Positions 20,901 to 32,900 of a stretch of 64,000 bases of DNA are shown piece after piece (within the stretch, counting starts at the first letter, position 1; each line of letters starts with the position of its first letter). The stretch comes from Alphaproteobacteria bacterium (GTDB lineage Bacteria; Pseudomonadota; Alphaproteobacteria; G965222575): contig OZ244958.1 in the NCBI GenBank assembly GCA_965222575.1, forward strand, positions 768,001 to 832,000, in the 5' to 3' direction. Below the pieces are notes generated by a model that saw only the letters and a program-made list of their open reading frames with translations, was not told the origin of the DNA and made no database searches. The position numbers were made by a program, and so were the translations under genes.

Positions 20901-23900
20901 TAGAGTCCGAGGCAGATGCCCGCGTAATGGCACTTGGTGCTGCTTCTCCTTCGGTACAAGCTCAAAAAGTAGCCTACACAGGTGACACAGGTGAATACGG
21001 TTCTCTCTTTACCATACCGGTGAGTGCATGGAAAGTGTCCTATGAGGAGGGAGGTGCTAAAGCTTACGAGTGGTATAGCTTAGGGTCCGAGGCTACTGAC
21101 CGCGTAACGGAAATTGGTGGTAGCGCTTCAGCACAAGAGGGGTATGTAGAGGTTTTAGGCCTCCTGTACAAGGATGGATTACAGTTAAAGAGTAAATATG
21201 CGGCATTGTCTTTTACGACCCCAGGGAGTTTGTTGGCTGACCTAGGTGAGATAGACATTCCTGGAATAGACATTCCTGGAGATGTTGTGGCGAATTTTGG
21301 GTCTCCTTCCACCTATTTTGTTGATGTTGCTAGTACCGCTGTGCCTCGCAGGCTGTCTTTTGCGGCGCTTCCGGATCAGCTTTTTGTTGGAACGGGCTCA
21401 AGTGTGCAGATTTCCGCTTTAACGCCATCTAATCTGGAGGTTATACGTTCTTCAGATACTTCATCTTCTATGAAGGTATCTGGCGTTTTGGTCAACAATG
21501 GAATCAAGAGTTTGTCCTTGACAGCTAATGGCGGTGTTGCTGATGTGCTGTTCCTCGTAGAGGAGGAGGAAGAAGCAGCAACAATTAGTTTCACTGAGAT
21601 TACGTCAATTGATGTCTTGGAGTTTGATGATAATGGTGTTGATAAGTTTTACTTAGCTGTGGGAGAAGCTACTGCTAATAATGAGAGGGGTAAGGTTGTG
21701 GTGTTTGAAGGGTCGAATTCTGAGTTTGCCGATATCGCGCAAAAGTTTAATCTTAAAGGAAACAATGCGGGGGATTGGTTTGGCTGGTCTGTGAAGTTAA
21801 ATTTATTGGATAAGGACGGAGCAGGTAGCGTAAATGCTCCTGAGCCAGTGCTCTTTGTAGGCGCGCCTAAAGTCAACAATGGAATAGGTTATGTGAAGGT
21901 CTTTGACTTTAATAAGAGGGTTATTCAAACCATTAGGTTTGCCCATGGAGCTGTCGATATAAAGCTCCTTGGATATAGCATAGGGGCTAGGGGTGAACAC
22001 CTTATAATGGGTGCGCCTGGAACTACACATGGAACGTATACCATTGGAGCAGTGATATATGGAAAATGGAACACTGCGACAAAGCTGTATACCATGAAGA
22101 TTTCTGTATACGCCCACACGTCACGTGTTTACTTTGGCAATGAAGTCGGGATTTTCCTGCACGCAACGCCCTATTTTTATGCTACGTACTATTACTCACC
22201 CGGGAAATATACCACCGTTAGACTTTTCAAATACGACAGTGGGAATTATCTTCGAGATGTGAGGAGAGAAGGTGTCCGATTCGAATACGGTTCCTTATTT
22301 ACCATACCGGTTGAGAAGAGTGATGGTAGCTCTACAGAGCTGTTAGGCCGCCTGTACAAGGATGGAGCACAGTTAAAGATAAAATATGCGACATTCAATC
22401 CCTTGCTTACAACAGGCCGCTTTCTTGAGGATCGAGGCGAGATAGATATAGAAGGGGATGTTGTGGATGAGTTTACGCTTCCTCCAACCTATGATAATGA
22501 CCCTATGCCTAACAGGTGGTCTTTTGCGGCGCTTCCGGGTCGGCTGTTTATCGGAAATGCAGCAGGGGTGAGGAGTGCCCTTCTTACTGTGGATGATACT
22601 TCTAATCCGTGGACTATTACCCTAGGGAGTTTTGTACAGGCAGTAGGTACACCAGTAGGTACAACAGTAGCACCAGTAGCACCAGTAGCACCACCACCAT
22701 TTACTTTCACTAAAATTACGTCAATTTCTGTCTTGAAGTTTGCTGATAATAAGTTTTACTTAGCTCTGGGAGAAGCTGGTGGAGATGATAGTAAAGGTAA
22801 GGTTGTGGTGTTTTCGGCGGCGGATTCTGCGTTTGCCAGTAGCCAGCAAAGTTTTCATGTTTCAGGACAAAGTGCGGGGGATTACTTTGGCTGGTCTGTG
22901 AAGTTACAGTTACTAGATAAGGACGGCGGGGGTAGCGTAAATGCTCCTGAGCCAGTGCTCTTTGTAGGCGCCCCTAAAGCCAACAGTGGAGTAGGGTATG
23001 TGAAGGTCTTTGGCCTTGATGGGTCGAAGATTGCAAAGATTACGCCGCCTGCTTCTAATGTGCGCGCCTTTGGGTATAGTTTAGGCGGCGGTATTTACAA
23101 GAACCGTCAAGGCAGTAGTAGGAATGTTAATCCTAACACGATGACGCAAGCGCAAGTTGAGGCTTCTCTTAATCCTTTCGATATAAGGGAAGTGACAGAG
23201 AAAGTGGAGAATTACCTGTTGGTGGGGGCGCCTGAGAGTGTGAATACAGATAATACTCAAGTCGGGGCAGTGTTTGTGTACAAATGGTTCAATGGAGGGG
23301 ATAAAGGATTCTATAACTTCAGCATGACAATAACTCCGAGTCAGGCGACTGCGTTGCCTTCTACTGATGGAAGACATTTTGGCGCTTCTGTTGGGTATTT
23401 TAGTTATAGTAGTTGGGGCTTGCATATTTATGTTGTGAGTTATAATAGTACGCATACCAGGACAGCTATATCCACTTTTAGATTCAGTGGTAGCCTTTAC
23501 TATCGCGATAACCTGTCAAAGTATAATATAGTTGGGGAATACGGCGCTTTCTTTACATTGCCGGTACAAGCATTGAAAGTGAGCTACTTGGCGTGGTATG
23601 CGCCAGGAGGAGCATCCGAGAAGTTTGATTTTTCTTGGTCTGCGCCCGCCCCGACAATGAGTCAGCCGATAACTCACTTGCCGGGGTGGAAGATGGGTGA
23701 TAGTGGTGAGTCCTTCAGAAAAAGTGGCTTGGCTCTAAAGACGGAAGAGGATTCTATTGAAGTCTTGGGCTTTTTGGTTCGTGAATCAGGGAGCTTAAAA
23801 ATCAAATATGGGTTTGTGGATGAGACTGCAGGGATAGGGATAAGTGTCAATGCTCAAAGTTCTGATATTTCCATTACTACGGAGACACCGGTAGATGTGG

Positions 23901-26900
23901 GATTCACGGGTTTATATGAGAGCAAGCCTTCCTTTGCGGCCCTTCCGGATAACCTGTTTATAGGACATGGAGAAAAGGTGTACAATGCCACTTTGAATGC
24001 TACTGCAGTAATTAAGGCACAAGCCCGGCGATTGGAGAGTGTGACTTTTAGCATAGACTCTCCGGCAGAGCTTACACTCCCTCCAGTTGTTGCACTTGAT
24101 TTTACTGAGATTACAGCCATTGACGTCTTGAAGGTTGCTGATAAGTTTTACTTAGCAGTAGGAGAAGCTACTGTTAATAGTAATACAGGTAAGGTTACGG
24201 TGTTTGAGGGGCCGGATTCTACGTTTGCCGATATTGCGCAAACCTTTATGGTTGAAGGAGAGGCTGATGAGGAGAGGTTTGGCTGGTCTGTGAAATTACA
24301 TTTATTGGATAAGGCCGGAAATGGCACTCTTGTGCCAGTGCTCTTTGTAGGCGCACCGAAAGCCACCATTGGAAGCACCAGTGGAGCAGGATATGTGAAG
24401 GTCTTTGATGTTGTTGTTGGTGATGGGGTGGATAGGAATATTCAAACCATTACTTATGTTTCTGCCGATGCCACCACCCAAGTAAGTCTCTTTGGATATA
24501 GTATAGGGGCTAGGGATGAACACCTTATAATAGGGGCGCCTGGAACTACATACACTTCAACATCCTCAGTAACCACAACCATTGGATTGATTAGGTTCCT
24601 GCAATGGGACACTACGAATTCGGAGTATGGCGGCATACAAGAAACAGTAATCGAGGACGGCAGTCGATATTTATACTATGGCGCTTCAGTCGGGACTTTC
24701 CTGGACAATACAAAGCCCTATTTTTATGCTACGCAACGTTTTGGCACAAGCACCGTCATAAGACTTTATGAATACATAACGGTTGATGGGAGTTATGAGT
24801 CGGTGAAACAGACAATAGGGGGTGCTGACGCTAAGTTTGAAATCTCACTCGACGGAATCGAATACAGCTCCTTCTTTACCATACCGGTTGAGAAGAGTGA
24901 TGGTAGCTCTACAGAGCTGTTAGCCTTCCTGCACAAGGATGGAGGACAGTTAAAGATAAAATATGCGCTATTGGATGTCACGCTTACAAGCGGATTTCTT
25001 GATTATCGAGGCGATATAGACATTCCTGGGGATGTTGTGGCTGGGTTTGCGATTCCTGAAACCTATGATACTGACCCTATGCCTAGCAGGTGGTCTTTTG
25101 CGGCGCTTCCGGGTCGTCTGTTTATTGGATATGGAACAGAGTTGAGGAATACCTCTCTTACTGGGGTTGATGAACAGATACCACCACCACCACCAACAGC
25201 ACCAACAGCACCAACAGCACCAACAGCAATTACTTTCACTGGGATTACAGCCATTGACGTCTTGAAGGAATCTGCTAATAAGTTTTACTTAGCTCTTGGA
25301 GACTCTACTGATAATAGTAATACCGGTAAGGTTGTGGTGTTTGAGGGGACGGATTCTGAGTTTTCTACTCTCACGCAAACCTTTGAGGTACTAGGAGACA
25401 ATGCGGGGGATTGGTTTGGCTGGTCTGTGAAGTTGGCGCTACTAGATAGGGACGGTGATACTGCTACGCTTTCTCATGAGCCAGTGCTCTTTGTAGGCGC
25501 GCCGAAAGCCACCCTTGGAGGCACCAGTGGAGTAGGGTATGTGAAGGTCTTTGATATTAGTGGGTCGGCTATTAAAACCATTACGCCGCTTAATTCCAGA
25601 GCTTATAATTGGCCTAACGTTCTGACGGTTGCCGCGACCTCCCCCACCTCCTTAGCTAATGTGCGCGCCTTTGGGTATAGTGTGAGTGGCAGTATGCACA
25701 CAACACCTGCATTTGTAAGAAGTATACCTGGTGGTATGGCAGCCGCCGAAAGTTATCTGTTTGTGGGGGCGCCTGAGAGTTACAGTGGAGAAGGAGCGGT
25801 GTTTGTGTACCGATGGAGCGGTGGAGTGGGATTGCCATACGAAGCACCAGGCGGAGAATATGCACTGAAAGGTGTAGTAAGTCCGACGGTGATATCTGAT
25901 CTTAATGATAACGTGTATTCTTCGCTATCCAAGATTCCGGCTGGTGGGAGCGCGTGGTCTGCTGATTATAGCAACCACTTTGGGGCTTCTGTTGGGTATA
26001 ATGTTTATAGAGGTAAGCTTTCTCTTTATGTTGTGAGTTATAATAGTGGGCATACCGAGACAGCACTGTCCGCTTTTGATGTGTCCGGCAATGCTTATTT
26101 TCTCATCCCTGAGAGTACGAAGGTTGAAGTTGGGGAATACGGGGCTTTCTTTACTCTGCCGGTAGTAGAAAACACGGAATCTTATACAGTCTTGGGCTTT
26201 TTGGTTCGTGACAGTGGCTTAAAAATCAAATATGCCTTGCAGAGTGCAAGCGGGATTAGTTTTCAAAGTGCTGATATCACCATTCCTACGGGGACAGGTA
26301 TAACAGATGTAGGTGAGAAATTCACGAATTTGTATACGACCACCAATAAGCTTTCCTTTGCGGCGCTAACAGATAAGCTGTTTATTGCACAGGGAACAGG
26401 CGTGAAGCGCACCTCTCTTACGGCTTCTGGAATCACTATTGTTAGTGGTGGGGGTACTGTGTACATCAATGCTGTGTCGTTTAACATAGGGAATACTATG
26501 GAGACTTTGATAGGGCAGGCACCAACAGCACCAACAGAACCAACAGCAATTACTTTCACTGGGATTACAGCCATTGACGTCTTGAAGGAATCTGCTAATA
26601 AGTTTTACTTAGCTCTTGGAGACTCTACTGATAATAGTAATACCGGTAAGGTTGTGGTGTTTGAGGGGACGGATTCTGAGTTTTCTACTCTCACGCAAAC
26701 CTTTGAGGTACTAGGAGACAATGCGGGGGATTGGTTTGGCTGGTCTGTGAAGTTGGCGCTACTAGATAGGGACGGTGATACTGCTACGCTTTCTCATGAG
26801 CCAGTGCTCTTTGTAGGCGCGCCGAAAGCCACCCTTGGAGGCACCAGTGGAGTAGGGTATGTGAAGGTCTTTGATATTAGTGGGTCGGCTATTAAAACCA

Positions 26901-29900
26901 TTACGCCGCTTAATTCCAGAGCTTATAATTGGCCTAACGTTCTGACGGTTGCCGCGACCTCCCCCACCTCCTTAGCTAATGTGCGCGCCTTTGGGTATAG
27001 TGTGAGTGGCAGTATGCACACAACACCTGCATTTGTAAGAAGTATACCTGGTGGTATGGCAGCCGCCGAAAGTTATCTGTTTGTGGGGGCGCCTGAGAGT
27101 TACAGTGGAGAAGGAGCGGTGTTTGTGTACCGATGGAGCGGTGGAGTGGGATTGCCATACGAAGCACCAGGCGGAGAATATGCACTGAAAGGTGTAGTAA
27201 GTCCGACGGTGATATCTGATCTTAATGATAACGTGTATTCTTCGCTATCCAAGATTCCGGCTGGTGGGAGCGCGTGGTCTGCTGATTATAGCAACCACTT
27301 TGGGGCTTCTGTTGGGTATAATGTTTATAGAGGTAAGCTTTCTCTTTATGTTGTGAGTTATAATAGTGGGCATACCGAGACAGCACTGTCCGCTTTTGAT
27401 GTGTCCGGCAATGCTTATTTTCTCATCCCTGAGAGTACGAAGGTTGAAGTTGGGGAATACGGGGCTTTCTTTACTCTGCCGGTAGTAGAAAACACGGAAT
27501 CTTATACAGTCTTGGGCTTTTTGGTTCGTGACAGTGGCTTAAAAATCAAATATGCCTTGCAGAGTGCAAGCGGGATTAGTTTTCAAAGTGCTGATATCAC
27601 CATTCCTACGGGGACAGGTATAACAGATGTAGGTGAGAAATTCACGAATTTGTATACGACCACCAATAAGCTTTCCTTTGCGGCGCTTACGGATCAGCTG
27701 TTTATTGCACAGGGAACAGGCGTGAAGCGCACCTCTCTTACGGCTTCTGGAATCACCACTGGTGGTAGTAGTAGTAGTGGGTACTACATCACTGGGGTAG
27801 AGTTTACCATAGGGAGTACCATGGAGACTTTGATAGGGCAGGCACCAACAGCACCAGTAGCACCAGTAGCACTAGCACCACTAGCACTACCAGTTGCTTT
27901 CACTGGGATTACGGCGATTGATGTCTTGAAGGAATCTGCTAATAAGTTCTATTTAGCAGTAGGAGAAGCTGCTGATAATAGTAATACCGGTAAGGTTGTG
28001 GTGTTTGAGGGGACGGATTCTGCGTTTGCCGGTATCAAGCAAACCTTTGAGGTTAAAGGAGGTGCTCCAGAGGAGTGGTTTGGCTGGTCTGTGAAGTTGT
28101 TCCTACTAGATAGGGACGGTGATACTGTTACGCTTTCTCCTGAGCCAGTGCTCTTTGTAGGCGCGCCTAAAGCCAGCCCAACCATCAGAGGAACAGTCAC
28201 CAGTGGAGTAGGCTATGTGAAGGTCTTTGATATTAGTGGGGGGGATATTCAAACCATTACTCGTCCTTTTTACGATGCCGATTCCCAAGTACGTCTCTTT
28301 GGATATAGCATAGGGGCTAGGGGTGAACACCTTATAGTAGGCATGCCTGGACTAGAATACAGCGGTTCTGGGACCATTGGTCTGATTAGTTTCTGGAAAT
28401 GGAAGATTAGTAGTATTAATCCATCGCTGTCTCAATATGACATGTCACAAGAATTTTTAGCTGGCGGCATTACCTACCTTGGCGCGCAAGTCGGGGCTTT
28501 CATGCATACTACAACGCCCTATTTTTATGCTACCAATGCTACTTCTTCTGGCGGCACCACCATTAAACTTTATCAACCTGCAGGCAACGGTTATGCACAA
28601 ATTGTCCTTCAGGAAACCGGAGTCGAATACGGCTCCTTCTTTACCATACCGGTTGAGAAGCAAGATGGTAGCTCTACAGAGCTATTAGCCTTCCTGCACA
28701 AGGATGGAGGACAGTTAAAGATTAAATATGCGACATTGGATGTCACACTTGCAAGCGGATTTCTTGAGTATCGAGGCGATATAGAAATTCCTGGGGATGT
28801 TGTGGATGATTTTTCGCTTCCTCCAACCTATGATACTGACCCTATGCCTAGAAGGTGGTCTTTTGCGGCACTTCCGGGTCGTCTGTTTATGGGACATGGA
28901 GCAGAGTTGAAGAGTACCCTTCTTACTGTGGATGATACTTCTTGGAGTATTACCCTAGGTACAGAGACAGAACCAACAGCAGTTACTTTCACTGGGATTA
29001 CAGCCATTGATGTCTTGAAGGTTGCTGATGCTACTGCTGGTGATAAGTTTTACTTAGCCGTGGGATACCCTACTGATACTAATGATAAAGGTAAGGTTAC
29101 AGTGTTTGAGGGGACGGATGCTGAGTTTGCTACTCTCACGCAAACCTTTGAGGTATTAGGAGACAATGCGGGGGAGTGGTTTGGCTGGTCTGTGAAGTTG
29201 TCCCTACTAGATAGGGACGGTGATACTGTTACGCTTTCTCCTGAGCCAGTGCTCTTTGTAGGCGCACCGAAAGCCACCATTGGAAGCACCAGTGGAGTAG
29301 GGTATGTGAAGGTCTTTGATATTAGTGGGGGGGATATTCAAACCATTACGCCGCTTAATTTCAAAGATTATGTAACCCTTACTCTGATTACTGACTTAAC
29401 TTATGTGCGTTCCTTTGGGTATAGTGTGAGTGGCAGTGTGATAGAAAGCGCCAGCCACTCCCGCTACAGAAAAGAAAGTTATCTGTTTGTGGGGGCGCCT
29501 GCGAGTACACATAACAATGTTGAAGAAGGAGCGGCGTTTGTGTACCGGTGGAACAATGCGGCAAACGGAGAATATCAAGTGAAAAGTTTAATAAGGCCGA
29601 CGGCGAATAGTCATGGTGCCGGTATCACTACAGCATATAATATGGTACCCCAGGTTCCGAGTGTGTCTCCGTGGAGTCCTGATTATAGCAACCACTTTGG
29701 GGCTTCTGTTGGGTATAATGTTTATAGAAGTGAGCTTTACCTTTATGTTGTGAGTTATAATAGTAATAGGACAGAGACAGCACTGTCCGCTTTTGTTGTG
29801 TCCAGTCATTGGTGGGCTTTCCATCAAGGTAGTTATTCGAAGGTTGAAGCTGGGGAATACGGGGCTTTCTTTACTCTGCCGGTAGTAGAAAACACGGAAT

Positions 29901-32900
29901 CTTATACAGTCTTGGGCTTTTTGGTTCGTGACAGTGGCTTAAAAATCAAATATGGGGTTATAGACCCTAGCCGTCGCTCTCCCAACAAATGGCTTGTTTT
30001 TCAAAGTGCTGATATCACCATTCCTACGGGGACAGGTATAACAGATGTAGGTGAGAAATTCACGAATTTGTATACGACCACCAATAAGCTTTCCTTTGCG
30101 GCGCTAACAGATAAGCTGTTTATTGCACAGGGAACAGGCGTGAAGCGCACCTCTCTTACGGCTTCTGGAATCACCACTGGTGGTAGTAGTGTGAATAGGT
30201 ACTACATCACTGGGGTAGAGTTTACCATAGGGAGTACCATGGAGACTTTGATAGGGCAGGCACCAACAGCACCAACAGAACCAACAGCACCAACAGCAAT
30301 TACTTTCACTGGGATTACAGCCATTGACGTCTTGAAGTTTGCTGATGATAAGTTCTATTTAGCAGTAGGAGAAGCTACTGATACTAATGATAAAGGTAAG
30401 GTTACAGTGTATGAGGGGACGTCTTCTGTGTTTTCCAATATCAAGCAAACCTTTATGGTTAAAGGAGACAATGAGGGGGATAGGTTTGGCTGGTCTGTGA
30501 AATTAAATTTATTGGATAAGGCCGGAGATGACATTTTTGTGCCAGTACTCTTTGTAGGCGCACCGAAAGCCAGCAGTGGAAAAGGGTATGTGAAGGTCTT
30601 GAATATTGATGAGACTAGTGGGTTTGGTATTAGTGGGTTTGAGATTCAACACTTGGCTTTGAGCTTTGAGATTGACAATACCTACCAACCACCAGACGTC
30701 CTCACCGGAAAAGGAAAAAATAAACAGCTTACGACCCCCCCCCTCTCACGCTTCCAACTCTCACCAGGTCTCTTTGGATATAGCATAGGGGCTAGGGGTG
30801 ACCACCTTGTAGTAGGCATGCCTGGAACTACAATTACTCGTGATAGTACTGAGGTAAGTACAGGAGCGGTTGTACTCCTGAAATGGGACACTGGGAACAG
30901 TGAGTATGTCATAGGACAGATTCCAGGGGCTTTGAACACGGACTCGGACGATGAAAGGACAATGGTCCTAGAGAGAGGGAATGCTAATGCCATTTTTTAC
31001 GACTACGACATTGAGTCTCTTCGCTTTGGCACTTCAGTCGGGACTTTCCTGCACAATACAACGCCCTATTTTTATGCTACTCACGATAAAAAAGAGGCAT
31101 CTTCTGCCGCTTACTGGCGCACCTACAAAGTTGTCGGCACCCACATTAGACTTTTCGAATACACAACGAGTAGGGTTGTTCTTAATGCGGACGGAAACCC
31201 GATTTCGATTGACAGGGAGCTTTATGAGTTCAATACTGAACGGATGGGAGGTCAAGCACAAGCACAACAGAGTCCATTATCACAAGCACAAGGACCTAAA
31301 TACGGTGCCTTCTTTACCATACCGGTTGAGAAGCCAGATGGTAGCACTACAGAGCTGTTAGGTTACTTGTATCAGGATGGATCACAGTTAAAGATACAAT
31401 ATGAGACATTCTTCGATATCAACAATCGACGCAAATTTCTTAAACCTCGAGGCGAGATAGAAATTCCTGGGACTGTTCAGGTGGGTGATTTTACGCTTCC
31501 TTCAACCTATGATACTAACCCTGGCTATATACTTAGCAGGGTGTCTTTAGTGGCGCTTCCGGGTCGGCTGTTTATCGCACAGGGAGCAGAGGTGAAGAGT
31601 ACCCCTCTTACTGTGACTTCTGATTGGAGTGTTGTCCCCCTAGGGAAGTTTGTACAACTAGGGGGAGTAGATGAAATAACAGTAGGTGGACAGATAATAA
31701 TACCACCAACAGCACCAACAGCACCAACAGAACCAACAGCACCAACAGAACCAACAGCACCAGCAGTTACTTTCACTGGGATTACGTCAATTGATGTCTT
31801 GAAGTTTGCTGATGCTACTGCTGGTGATAAGTTTTACTTAGCCCTTGGAGACTCTGCTGATAATAGTAATACCGGTAAGGTTGTGGTGTTTGAGGGGACG
31901 AATTCTATGTTTTCCGATATCGCGCAAACCTTTGAGGTTAAAGGAGGTGCTACAGAGGATTGGTTTGGCTGGTCTGTGAAGTTACAGTTACTAGATAAGG
32001 ACAACACTACTGCTACGCTTCCTCCTGTGCCAGTGCTCTTTGTAGGCGCGCCGAAAGCCAACAGTGGAGCAGGATATGTGAAGGTCTTTGATGTTGTTGT
32101 TAATGGGGGGGATAGGAATATTCAAACCATTCCGGCGCCTGCTTCTATGAGAGCCTTTGGGTATAGTTTAGCCAGCGGTCTTTACACGAGTACATCATTG
32201 ATCTCGCGGCGCGCGCGGCGGCTACCAAAGCAGAAGCACTCAGGGAGCTATGCAGTGGATAATCACCTGTTTGTGGGGGCGCCTGAGAGTTACAGTGGAG
32301 CAGGAGCGGCGGTTATGTACAAATGGAGTACTCTTAGTGGTGGTAGTTATTCATCACCTCTTGAAGTAAGGGTGAATAATGTAAGTGGGACGCATCGTGA
32401 TGATAGCGTGTCGACTAATATTCGTACCAATTATGGAAATCACTTTGGCGTTTCTGTTCAGTATCTTCATTATACTACTTGGGAGGCCATCCTTCTTGTT
32501 ATGAGTTATAATAGTAGTCGTACGGGTGTAGCTATGTCTGTGTTTTATCCGGATGCGCGTTATCAATTTCGCCTTTCGGATATTATCGGTGGCACCAGCA
32601 GTGGGAAATACGGCCCTGCCTTTCCTCTGCCGGTAAAAGTATGGAGAGTGACCGTATTGGTGGATGGTACTACCCGGTGGGCCTACCAATTTCTTGATAA
32701 GGCTGCGTTGGATAAGGCGTTGCCAAATATGCATAATGCACACAAATTAAAAAGCTTCTCTTCCACCAGAGTGGAAAAAGAACATTTTATTAATGCCTTT
32801 GGCTTTTTGTACCGGGAAGCAAACGGGGCCTTAAAGATAAAATATGCAGCTGCGCGCCTCGGGAACACAGGAGGACCAAAAGGGATTAATCCTCAAACTC

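Noticed and set aside
25007-25015. RGD integrin-binding motifs in the giant protein (about four)
   Set aside because: Roughly the number expected by chance in 14,000 Gly/Asp-rich residues, and equivalent positions in sister modules read RGE or LGD.
25201-27840. 1320-bp duplication as a pure assembly artefact
   Set aside because: The copies differ at diagnostic sites and have distinct tails, each shared with module 13. Long-read confirmation is still advisable.
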